64,000 nucleotides of DNA from Rhynchobatus australiae (taxonomy: Eukaryota), in NCBI GenBank assembly GCA_034780895.1, contig JAUZTB010000098.1:84719738-84783737 (forward strand), given 5' to 3'. Under the pieces are notes generated by a model, which searched no databases, was not told the DNA's origin, and worked only from the letters and a program-made list of their open reading frames with translations. How positions within the stretch are numbered: the stretch's first letter is position 1; each line of letters opens with the position of its first letter. A program made the translations under genes and the position numbers. Shown piece by piece: positions 63,988-64,000 of the stretch.

Positions 63988-64000
63988 ATGTAGCGGCTAG

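Larger units (their letters stand above)
61585..64000 (-). mobile_element. Internally deleted Ty3/Gypsy LTR retrotransposon (gag-PR-IN remnants, no RT/RNase H), running off the window end
   Basis: 3' LTR 61585-61821, PPT 61822-61835. Integrase remnants: IHGLAHPS zinc finger, HINLFGPLP, ITSDRGAQF, AYHPQSNG. Protease LVNTRAEVSV. Gag from 63952 (MMSAQQEVQAVALKLPNFW...WFDQAKAQF) with stops. PBS at 63976-63987 and 5' LTR edge at 63989-64000. Confidence 0.93.

Noticed and set aside
62500-64000. Long + strand ORFs (230, 129 and 136 aa)
   Set aside because: Antisense shadows of the Gypsy gag/pol remnants; one spans an N gap.
1-64000. CRISPR arrays, rRNA/tRNA genes, prokaryotic or viral systems
   Set aside because: None seen. 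tRNA-like segments are SINE heads or retroelement primer-binding sites, and there is no regular repeat-spacer array.

Overview
Vertebrate genomic DNA, most likely from a cartilaginous fish (inferred from its HE1/V-SINE, CR1, Rex1 and Penelope-derived repeat complement). It is a draft assembly with many N gaps. Two protein-coding genes lie in tandem on the + strand. (1) The 3' part of the aryl hydrocarbon receptor repressor (AHRR): seven GT-AG exons at 4227-27385 that splice in frame to 678 codons plus stop; the bHLH exons lie upstream of the window. (2) A complete EXOC3/Sec6 gene: CpG-island promoter at about 36.7-37.2 kb and 12 coding exons at 46229-60837, giving 747 aa. An internally deleted Gypsy LTR retrotransposon (- strand, lacking RT/RNase H) starts about 750 bp after the EXOC3 stop and runs to the window end. 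The most notable observation is that this AHRR keeps a nearly colinear PAS-B (ligand-binding-type) domain, which characterised AHRRs are described as lacking. Lesser observations: hammerhead-like motifs in Penelope-derived repeats, V-SINEs with two different LINE tails, a long foldback in an AHRR intron, and a possible spliced antisense transcript from the EXOC3 promoter. I found no prokaryote-type or wholly new system. Exon numbers follow AHR/EXOC3 homology recalled from memory. Repeat boundaries are approximate.
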